Assembly: GCA_002269645.1 (NCBI GenBank)
Contig: NIVC01002725.1
Location: 82,374-146,373 of the forward strand
DNA: 64,000 nucleotides
Direction of reading: 5' to 3'
Source of the DNA: Macrostomum lignano
Lineage: Eukaryota
Positions 12,408 through 22,321 of the stretch are shown here, piece by piece; position 1 is the stretch's first letter, and every line of letters starts with the position of its first letter. The notes under the pieces are model-generated. The model was not told the origin of the DNA and made no database searches. It worked only from the letters and a program-made list of their open reading frames with translations. The position numbers and the translations under genes are program-made.

Positions 12408-15400
12408 GGTCTGTCTACCCGTCCTATTTTGCTGTTTTGAATTTACAGAAACGATCTGTTAACTGTGTTTCTCTCCAATTTCCCCATCATTTTGAGCTGC
12501 TTTGTCCCAGAAGCTTTGAAAAATGAGTATGATGATTGTTAGACAAAAATTCAATTTGCTAATTCAAAAACCCTGGATACGTTTAATTAAACATCCAGAG
12601 GTTTGCCTTTGAAATCGCAACACTTCAAACGGAACAGCTCGGATGGAAAATTAATTGAAATGTTTTTTTTCAATAAATCAAAGCCCTAATTAAAGAGCTT
12701 CAATATTTTAGGCGATTGAAAACTGATTTATAATTGCAATTTTTTAACAATCACAAGCTATCACGTGCTCGGACTTCGTGAGGCGACTGGATTTCACGAC
12801 CTTGGCCCGCCGAAATGGGACCTGAGCCTCTGCCTCGCGCTCACCTTTGTCTGCCTGTACTTCTCACTGTTCAAGGGCGTCAAGTCCATGGGAGTGGTGA
12901 GTCACAGTGGTCTCTCTGGCTTATGCAAGCATGGATTACACCTATAATACGACGTAGATTATTGGAAAGCAATTTGTTGCGAGTATGGCATCATAGTTGG
13001 CTTGCTCCATACTTATTTATGACTTCTGATGTGCAGTGTCCATGAGTACATGACTTCTGATGTGCAGTGTCCATGAGTACATGACTTCTGATGTGCAGTG
13101 TCCATGAGTACATGACTTCTGATGCGCAGTGTCCATGAGTACATGACTTCTGATGCGCAGTGTCCATGAGTACATGACTTCTGATGTGCAGTGTCCATGA
13201 GTACATGACTTCTGATGCGCAGTGTCCATGAGTACATGACTTCTGATGCGCAGTGTCCATGAGTACATGACTTCTGATGTGCAGTGTCCATGAGTACATG
13301 ACTTCTGATGTGCAGTGTCCATGAGTACATGACTTCTGATGAGCAGTGTCCATGAGTACATGACCTCTGATGCGCAGTGTCCATTAGTACACGACCTCTG
13401 ATGCGCAATGTCCTGTACAAAATATCAAATAATCGACTTCAAAATTATCCGTCCGCTTGAGAAAGATTTTAAAGTACGAGCTTACACGTGCACTCTGATT
13501 TGCAGGCAGTGTGGATCACGGCTCTGTTGCCGTACATTGTGCTCAGCATCCTGCTGGTTCGCGGTCTGATGCTGCCGGGCGCCTTGGACGGCATCAAATA
13601 TTTTATTAGGCCATCATTTGGCAAACTGCTGGATATCAAAGTAAGTGAATGAGCTGGAACTCAGGGACAAACTGAAGTAGAAGGACTCTCTAACTCCCGA
13701 TATTTTTAGAAATGAGCTGGAAGCCGGTAAGGAGCGTCATATTTATCGTATCGCTAGGGAGGGCACTTATAGTGCACAATGAGATGGCACCCATTTTACA
13801 GCTGGGTGAACTGAAGCAATGCAGAGTTAAATGTCTTGCTCAAGGACACAAATTGTTCCAGTGGGATCGGGAATCGAACCCCCCCCCCCGACCTTCAAGT
13901 CGTGAGTCCGAAGCTCTTACCACTAGGCTTCAACCCTGACAATAATTCCCCAAAAATCGTTGTCCATGGTCATGAAGTTGGCTTTGAAACTTTGGCCAAA
14001 GAAACGCTTTTGGGAATACTATTTTATACGTAGAATCTTTCTACATGTACTTTAATTGTCCCAGGCTTCATAAGACCTAGCTGGAGCGAAAGAGTACAAA
14101 AGTTTTAAAGTACACAACCACACCGCGTATCCCGGCCTTTGCCTCCTGCAGGTGTGGTCCGACGCCGCCGTGCAGATATTTTTCTCCCTGGGCTCAGGAT
14201 TTGGCGTACATCTGGCCTACGCCAGCTACAACGATTTTCACAACGGCATCTTTAACGACTGCGTGATCGCCACACTGGTGAACAGTTTCACCAGCCTGTT
14301 CTCCGGCTTCGTGGTGTTCACTTTCTTGGGATATTTGTCCGCGAAGAGTGGCACACCGATCGACAGCGTAGTGGGAGTCAGTAAGTTATTGTAAGCCGAG
14401 TTTGTTAGTTTGGTACCCAGGCGCAAAGCGTTCGGGGACATCGATCTTCAGCCAGTAATGGGGCAGGCATTCTGCCCATTCCGCGCTGACCCGTGAGCCT
14501 GCGGCGCCAAAATGGGCGCTCCTGTCTCTTGGTGGGCGCCCCACCACTGTCTCTTGGTGGGCGCCTCTGTCTCTCGGGTGGGTGCCCCTGTCTCTTGGTG
14601 GGCACCCCACCACTGTCTCTTGGTTGGCGCCCCACCACTGTCTCTTGGTGGGTGCCCCACCACTGTCTCTTGGTTGGCGCCCCACCACTGTCTCTGCGTG
14701 GGCGCCCCTGTCTCTTGGTGGGCGCCCCCTGTCTCTTGGTGGGCGCCCCCTGTCTCTTGGTTGGCGTCCCACCACTGTGTCTTGGTTGGCGCCCCACCAC
14801 TGTCTCTTGGTGGGTGCCCCACCACTGTCTCTTGGTTGGCGCCCCACCACTGTCTCTGCGTGGGCGCCCCTGTCTCTTGGTGGGCACCCACTGTCTCCTG
14901 GTGGGCGCCCCCTGTCTCTTGGTTGGCGTCCCACCACTGTGTCTTGGTTGGCGCCCCACCACTGTCTCTTGGTGGGTGCCCCACCACTGTCTCTTGGTTG
15001 GCGCCCCACCACTGTCTCTGCGTGGGCGCCCCTGTCTCTTGGTGGGCACCCACTGTCTCCTGGTTGGCGCCCCACCACTGTCTCTTGGTTGGCGCCCCCT
15101 GTCTCTTGGTTGGCGCCCCACCACTGTCTCTTGGTGGGCGCCCCCTGTCTCTTGGTGGGCGCCCCCTGTCTCTTGGTGGGCGCCCCCTGTCTCTTGGTGG
15201 GCGCCCCACCACTGTCTCTTGGTTGGCGCCCCACCACTGTCTCTTGGTGGGCGCCCCCTGTCTCTTGGTGGGCACCCCACCACTGTCTCTTGGTTGGCGC
15301 CCCACCACTGTCTCTTGGTGGGTGCCCCACCACTGTCTCTTGGTTGGCGCCCCACCACTGTCTCTGCGTGGGCGCCCCTGTCTCTTGGTGGGCGCCCCCT

Positions 15401-18400
15401 GTCTCTTGGTGGGCGCCCCCTGTCTCTTGGTTGGCGTCCCACCACTGTGTCTTGGTTGGCGCCCCACCACTGTCTCTTGGTGGGTGCCCCACCACTGTCT
15501 CTTGGTTGGCGCCCCACCACTGTCTCTGCGTGGGCGCCCCTGTCTCTTGGTGGGCGCCCCCTGTCTCTTGGTGGGCGCCCCCTGTCTCTTGGTTGGCGTC
15601 CCACCACTGTGTCTTGGTTGGCGCCCCACCACTGTCTCTTGGTGGGTGCCCCACCACTGTCTCTTGGTTGGCGCCCCACCACTGTCTCTGCGTGGGCGCC
15701 CCTGTCTCTTGGTGGGCACCCACTGTCTCCTGGTTGGCGCCCCACCACTGTCTCTTGGTTGGCGCCCCCTGTCTCTTGGTTGGCGCCCCACCACTGTCTC
15801 TTGGTTGGCGCCCCACCACTGTCTCTTGGTTGGCACCCCACCACTGTCTCTTGGTTGGCGCCCCACCACTGTCTCTTGGTTGGCGCCCCACCACTGTCTC
15901 TTGGTTGGCGCCCCACCACTGTGTCTTGGTTGGCGCCCCACCACTGTCTCTTGGTTGGCGCCCCACCACTGTCTCTTGGTGTGCGCACTGTCTGTTAGGC
16001 CTCTTTCATTTCAAATTTGTTCGTTGGAGAGGGGGCGGCGCTACGGCCCCTCCTAGCGCCCCTCTTGCATACGCCACTGTCTACTAGGACAGTGGTCACC
16101 AGTCAGAGGGTTATTCTGGTATTTATTGCCCGGCCGAAAACTTAGGCTTGCCATAGACTGAACGGTTTTAGTCAGGGCTGCAATAACAAACTGTTCACAG
16201 ACTCCGGTCTCGTATTCACGGTCTACCCGGAGGCTCTGTCAACCATACCTGGAGCTCCCTTCTGGTCCGTGCTATTCTTCATCATGCTGCTCACCCTTGG
16301 CCTGGACAGCAGCTTCGGAGCGTTGGAAGCCCTGCTCACGGCCGTCACCGATGAATACAAGAAACAGATCAGTCGAATGAAATACTCCCGGGAGATTACC
16401 ACCGGAGTGGCGTGCATAATTATCTACCTGTGCGCTCTGCCCAATGTAACCTATGTGAGTCATCAAGCAGCGGAGATTATGTTTAACAATTCCACTGAAA
16501 ACCGATTTTTCCTGCCATTGCAGGGTGGCATGTACGTTTACCGTTTCTTGGAGGAGTTCGGAGCTGGAGTATCCATTTTGGTAGCGGTCGTCATGCAGTG
16601 CCTCTGCGTCAGCTGGGTATACGGTGAGACTCGGAACTATACCTTAGATATATGAGCATTGAGAGCACGAAGATTAGATTAGGGTTTAGGCTCGGCAGTC
16701 AGATTGCAGCACGGAATTGCGGTAAACCTATGACATCTGCCAGACAACAAAATATTGAATGTGCACATAAGGGTTCAATAAAAGCTCTCTTTAATGAACA
16801 CTCAACCAGGCCCTCCCTCTCTCTCATGTTTGATAAACTCGCTCCCCCATGTACACTTAGACAGGCCCTCCCTCTCCCCATGTTTGATAAACTCGCTCCC
16901 CCATGTACACTTAGACAGGCCCTCCCTCTCCCCATGTTTGATAAACTCGCTCCGCCATGTACACTCAACCAGGCCCTCCCTCTCTCCACGTTTGATAAAA
17001 CTCTCTCCCCGTGTACACTCAGCCAGGCCCTGCCTCTCCCCATGTTTGATAAAACTCGCTCGCCCATGTACACTCAGCCAGGCCCTCCTTCTCCCCATGT
17101 TTGATAAAACTCTCTCCCCTATGTACACTCAGCCAGGCTCTGCCTATGTTCAATAAAAATCGGTTGTACATTCAACCAAGACCCCTTGTAATGAATTATC
17201 TGAAATTCTCAGTGCGCAGCTTAGCAAACAAAAATCGTAATTTTCCCGCAGGTCTGCACAACTTTTCAAACGACGTAAATGAAATGCTGGGCTCCAGACC
17301 CTGGATGGGCTGGCGGATCCTGTGGAAGGTTGTCACGCCAGTAATTTTACTCGTGTTGTCCGTGTACAGCCTATGCAACGTGAAAAACCCACATATGCAG
17401 TACAGCAATGGAGACTTCTATCATTATCCCAGCCACACTAAATATCTAGGCTGGCTAGTGGTCCTATCCAGCATTAGTTTCATACCAATATTTGCAATTT
17501 GGACTGTGTTGCGAATGGATGGACGAAGTATTAGAGAGGTAAGTAAATACGAGTGTATATAAGTGAATTCAAGTTTAAAGATAGACGAGATGGCGGGGTT
17601 AACTGGAAGCCAAACTTAGCCAGTGTACATTTGGGATAGAGTTTTATTGGGAGGGGCGAGACAACGGGGTTGGTTGGAAGCCAGTGTACATTTGGGGTAG
17701 AGTTTTATTGGGAGGAGCGAGATAGCGGGGTTGGTTGGAAGCCAGTGTACATTTGGGGTAGTTTTATTAAGGGGGGATAGCGGGGTTGGTTGGAAGCCAG
17801 TGTACATTTGGGGTAGAGTTTTATTGGGAGGAGCGAGATAGCGGGGTTGGTTGGAAGCCAGTGTACATTTGGGGTAGTTTTATTAGGGGGGATAGCGGGG
17901 TTACTTGGAAACCAGTGTACATTTGGGGTAGAGTTTATTGCGAGGGGCGAGATAGCGGGGTTGGCTGAGAGCCGGTGTACATTTGGGGTAGAGTTTTATT
18001 GGGGGGGAGATAGCAGGGTTGGTTGGAAGGGGTCTACGACAATTGACTGCCACAATTTGACTGCCACAATTTGACTGTGGTCAATTTGACTGCGGACAAT
18101 TTGACTGCCGAGCAATTTGACTGCCGACAAAATGACTGCGAACAAAATGACTGCGGACAAAATGACTGCCGACAATTTGACTGCCGACAAATGACTGCAG
18201 ACAAAATGACTGCCGACAATTTGACTGCCGACAATTTGACTGCCAACAAAATGACTGCCGACAAAATGACTGCGGAAATTTGACTGCCGACAATATGACT
18301 GCGGCAATTTGACTGCCGACAATATGACTGCGGCAATTTGACTGCCAGCAAAATGACTGCGGCAATTGACTGCCGACAATATAGAAAACAAGAGGCCACC

Positions 18401-18430
18401 CCTCCTCCTCTCTCCCCAGTCCCTCAATGT

Positions 18431-18526
<96 letters not shown>

Positions 18527-19963
18527 GGAGTTTTATGAGTTTGCTCGCCACCTAAACTTTTGGGCTCCACTGATCACCCTCTCCTTTTATTATTTGACTC
18601 CAAATCCCAAAGTTGGCAACCCCAAACACCAAAACCAAAAGCCTAGCCTAGTTGTGCACAGCTTTATATTGACGAATGAATTTGAAAAACTTGCTAGGCG
18701 CATTCTCGTTGTGCAAAAGAGGAGAGAGAGATGAGAGATGAAGGCGGAGAGAGCAGAGTGCAGAGAGACGAGAGAAGTGAATAAAGGGGAGGGAGTATAG
18801 AAGAGGGAAAAGAAGAGGACTAAGGAAAGAGAGGAGTCAAAAGAGGGGAAAGAGAAGAGTACAGAGGAGAGAGGTGAGAGAACATACCAGTATAAGAGAG
18901 TAAAGATGACAGATGAGAGAGGGGAGATGAGAGAGGGGAGATGAGAGAGCAGAGACGAGAGAGAAGAGACGAAAGAGAAGTGAGAAAACAGAAGAGAAGA
19001 TAGAAGGTTCAAAGGATGCAAGGAACATAGGGATCGAGAGGCAGAAGTAGAGGCCAGAGTTTTTCTGACATTCTGCGCCGCACCCCAGCCAACAATATCA
19101 ATAGTTTGCCTCCAATCCTAATTTTACACGAATGCAATCTATGTTATGTTTAACTCTAATAATAAAAGTTTTTGCTTGAGTTTAACTTCAGATTTTAGAA
19201 TATATGCAAAATAGTTCCTAAAATTGGAATTCCCATTTCCCACTGTTCAAAATCCGCGGGTTTCAACAGCTGTTACAGCTTGTTGTATAAAAGTTATGTT
19301 CTGTTCTGCATCATTCTAGCTCGTAAATACAATATTTCACTACATGCATAGACTTAAAAGGGTTGACAGAGTGCTAAACTTTAGGAGCATCATTTTTCCG
19401 GCAGTCATTTCGCTGGCAGTCAAATTGCTCGGCAGTCAATTGCCGCAGTCATTTTGCTGGCAGTCAAATTGCCGCAGTCATATTGTCGGCAGTCAAATTT
19501 CCGCAGTCATTTTGTCGGCAGTCATTTTGTTGGCAGTCAAATTGTCGGCAGTCAAATTGTCGGCAGTCAAATTGTCGGCAGTCAAATTGTCCGCAGTCAT
19601 TTTGTTCAGTCATTTTGTCGGCAGTCAAATTGCTCGGCAGTCAAATTGTCCGCAGTCAAATTGACCGCAGTCAAATTGTGGCAGTCAAATTGTGGCAGTC
19701 AATTGTCGTGCACCCGGTTGGAAGCAAGTGTTGACAGATTGCGAAATAAAAATTGACTTGCATATGTGTACATACTTTGTAACATTGTAGAAAATCGCCT
19801 TGTCAATATCTCCTTCTCGTGAGCATGACGAAATTCGGGAACAAGGAAATGTAACACGATTCGGAGTAAGACCGCATTCCGGTATGGTTAACATTTCGTT
19901 CGATTATTTTAACTGCTTCAACAACTCTCCCTCTTACAGCTGCAACACTGGTTGAATTTTTAA
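8410..19963 (+). CDS. SLC6/NSS Na+/Cl- dependent monoamine transporter, DAT/NET-like, 11 exons, 643 aa
   Basis: Exons 8410-8677, 11235-11369, 12032-12317, 12758-12896, 13506-13640, 14152-14380, 16201-16454, 16524-16623, 17252-17538, 19791-19865, 19940-19963. All are GT-AG with matching phases; total 1932 nt. Motifs: W-x-x-K-x-EFLLS-x-IGFAVD (TM1 Asp), [47 protein letters not shown], and a C-terminus KIALSISP...VTRFG-LQHWLNF* resembling the DAT/NET end (..F-x-L-x-HWL). Confidence 0.95.
8703..10318. repeat. 57-bp minisatellite, about 28 copies, transporter intron 1
   Basis: Unit AATTTTCGTGCACACAAGCCCCAAATGAATGGTGGCCGCGACAACCCACCACCGGCC; the 19-codon period explains the long ORFs. Confidence 0.98.
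10480..10860 (+). mobile_element. Degenerate Tc1/IS630-type transposase 5' fragment (paired HTH region)
   Basis: Allowing frameshifts it reads [21 protein letters not shown]... / [30 protein letters not shown] / [13 protein letters not shown] / [21 protein letters not shown]. This matches the GG-x-R..KL, NP-x-x-TL, TISR-x-L pattern of IS630/Tc1 DNA-binding domains. No DDE domain or TIRs seen. Confidence 0.7.
11520..11930. repeat. G-rich minisatellite of about 37-38 bp, transporter intron 2
   Basis: GGGGTAAGAGGGGTGGTGGGGGTGGCTGTTCAATAGAC-type units. Confidence 0.93.
12330..12415. repeat. (GTCT)n microsatellite
   Basis: Directly visible just after the exon 3 donor. Confidence 0.97.
13018..13412. 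repeat. 31-bp minisatellite, about 12 copies, transporter intron 4
   Basis: Unit GACTTCTGATGTGCAGTGTCCATGAGTACAT. Confidence 0.97.
13784..13936 (-). mobile_element. tRNA-derived SINE with CORE-like domain (copy 1), transporter intron 5
   Basis: Minus strand: GGGTTGAAGCCTAGTGGTAAGAGC (A-box like)...GGTTCGATTCC (B box)...GTGTCCTTGAGCAAGACATTTAACTC...CTTCAGTTCACCCAGCTGTAAAATGGG. Closely similar to 44477-44630. Confidence 0.85.
14518..15980. repeat. Mixed 21/25-bp minisatellite with CTGTCTCTTGGT core, transporter intron 6
   Basis: CTGTCTCTTGGTTGGCGCCCCACCA and CTGTCTCTTGGTGGGCGCCCC units in higher-order blocks; same core as 5858-7682. Confidence 0.97.
16790..17150. repeat. Minisatellite of about 54 bp, transporter intron 8
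   Basis: CATGTACACTYAG..AGGCCCTCCCTCTCCCCATGTTTGATAAACTCGCTCCCC units. Confidence 0.92.
17618..18029. repeat. Minisatellite of about 53-60 bp, transporter intron 9
   Basis: GCCAGTGTACATTTGGGGTAGAGTTTTATTGGGAGG...GGTTGGTTGGAA units; the last unit is interrupted by the foldback element. Confidence 0.93.
18030..19715. mobile_element. Non-autonomous foldback DNA transposon, MULE/Mutator-like
   Basis: Left end GGGTCTACGACAATTGACTGCCACAATTTGACTG and right end ...CAGTCAATTGTCGTGCACCC. The inverted arms of about 320-350 bp are built of about 14-bp TTTGACTGCCGACAA subrepeats. Exact 9-bp TSD GGTTGGAAG at 18021-18029 and 19716-19724. The interior holds only (CT)n and GA-rich sequence. Confidence 0.92.
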
Positions 19964-20954
19964 TCAGCCTAAAAGCGGAAAAGCACGTTGAAACAAAGGT
20001 TGCAATAAGTTTGAGAAGATCCAGCGCAGCTGATAAAATCAACAGGACATTTTGATCTCTGTGTAAAAATACTTATGCTATTTAAACAAGACGATGCTAT
20101 CCAAGTTTATATATTACTATATAACCCAATGCACAATTGAGGTTTAGTAAGTCAAGAAACCGACTGTCTAGTTAGTACGAGTACATGACTTCCCTATAGC
20201 ACTTATTAATTAGCATATTTATAGAACTTCACAGTGTATTTCTCATGCACATCTATTCGATAATTTCAATTAAAGTTAGTTTATTAAAATATAAAGATAA
20301 ATCCCCAAAAAACCACCGTTTACCCGTACATACTAACGTTACTACTCAGTTGACTGAATGCAGCACAGTAGTAAAGAAAGAACGCATAACAAATTATCAT
20401 TTTTTAATAATGCGACAAAAAGCGAAAAAAATAAATATTTATTTTGTGTTAAGACTTGCCATCAGTAGAGTTCGAATACAGTTAATGGAACGAGTTCAAA
20501 AAACCAGTGTTTCATATATGAAACAAATTATATTATATATTATTCACTATATCAACTGTTAATAGCGTTGGCGTTTAATAAACAAGCACAAAATATAATA
20601 AAATATACACTTTCTGGTAAGTACACTCAGTACTAGTGTTTACGGAACAACAGATAACAGTATTAAACGCACACACATATAATTGATCCACTGAGAAAAA
20701 TGAACAAATATCACATAGAAAATTCTTTCTATTCAAAATACATGTCATGAATTTATAAATGAAAAAAAACTACACCAATTTTGTTTTTTACTTGTTTCCA
20801 CAACAGAATATAAACGAGTGTCTATTGCATTATTAAAGAAAATCGTAGTTAGGAACCGAAACCTTTAAATTTGTTCTATAAGAAAGTTGGGCCTCAAAAG
20901 TAAGCGCAGTTGAATAACGTTCAAGAAGAAATTTTAAATGAGCTTGTACTGAGG

Positions 20955-21430
20955 ACAGAGGTTTGACTGGGAGCGGGTGTACATTGTTGGGGGTGGGGTA
21001 GGGTTTATTAATGTTTGACTGGGAGCGGGTGTACGAGCTACATTGTGGGGAGTGGGGGTAGGGTTTATTGAGGTTTGACTGGGAGCGGGTGTACATTGTT
21101 GGGGGTGGGGTAGGGTTTATTGAGGTTTGACTGGGAGCGGGTGTACATTGTTGGGGGTGGGGTAGGGTTTATTGAGGTTGGACTGGGAGCGGGTGTACAT
21201 TGTTGGGGGTGGGGTAGGGTTTATTGAGGTTGGACTGGGAGCGGGTGTACATTGTGGGGGTGGGGTAGGGTTTATTGAGGTTGGACTGGGAGCGGGTGTA
21301 CATTGTGGGGGTGGGGTAGGGTTTATTGAGGTTTGATTGGGAGCGGGTGTACATTGTGGGGGTGGGGTAGGGTTTATTGAGGTTTGATTGGGAGCGGGTG
21401 TACATTGTGGGGGTGGGGGTAGGGTTTGCC
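20955..21430. repeat. 51-52-bp G-rich minisatellite between the convergent transporter and Rab27 3' ends
   Basis: GGGAGCGGGTGTACATTGTKGGGGTGGGGTAGGGTTTATTGAGGTTTGACT units. Confidence 0.95.
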
Positions 21431-22321
21431 GAGGCATGGCTGGGAGCTAGTGTACATCAAGACGTTAAAAACGTATGCTCTGACCTTCAAAAGCCATGCA
21501 AAAGTATATGATCAATCAAAGGTAAATTTTTTTTGTGTTTGTGGCTGTAACAATGAGATAAAAGTTAAATTGACCATAATTTGCTGAAATAATATTAAAA
21601 TAAAAATTCTTGTCACTAAACAAAAATTGACAAGCACAAAGTTAGCACAAGTTGGCACACTGACACCAATATGGAATTAAAATGAACTATAACGTACGAC
21701 GTAATTCGAATTTTAAGTCTCACTAAATACTTTTTAAAAAACAATGAACACATCAGTAGTGTAAACCGCAGTTTGGCAAGGAAAAATCTATCATTGTTAG
21801 TTACTTGTACATAGTGAACTTATTTTGCTATCGGAATAAATATCATGGTCAGGGTCATGCCAGTTGAATAATACTAGACAATTGGACAAAAAATTAAGCA
21901 AGGAAAATACACTCAATGAAAACACACCTAGCGACCAAAAAGGACAAAAAGACCACTTACAAAAAGACCGCACAATATAAAGGAAGCAAACAAAAATTGG
22001 TAACGAAACCAGAGGACAATTGGAAGACAGGAACTGCAAAAAACACAACGAAAAGGAAATTAAAAAGTCGCCTCAATGTGTACTAGCCTACTTACTGAGG
22101 GGCACAAGTAGCATAGATCGAGTAAGAGTATATAATGGATTAAATAGAAATATTAATAGACGAGCTGGCACTAAAATAACGCAGAAATTGTTGTGACGCC
22201 AGAGAATAACCACAGACAGAACTCAGAATTGGGATCCAACTACCTGAAGACTAACATTATTAGTATATTAATATTATAATATTACACTCAGTAACGAGAA
22301 AAGTTATCATAATTGAGGTAT

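Noticed and set aside
14386-16087. Six ORFs of about 500 aa in all frames
   Set aside because: The minisatellite lacks stop codons and lies in transporter intron 6 between well-supported exons.
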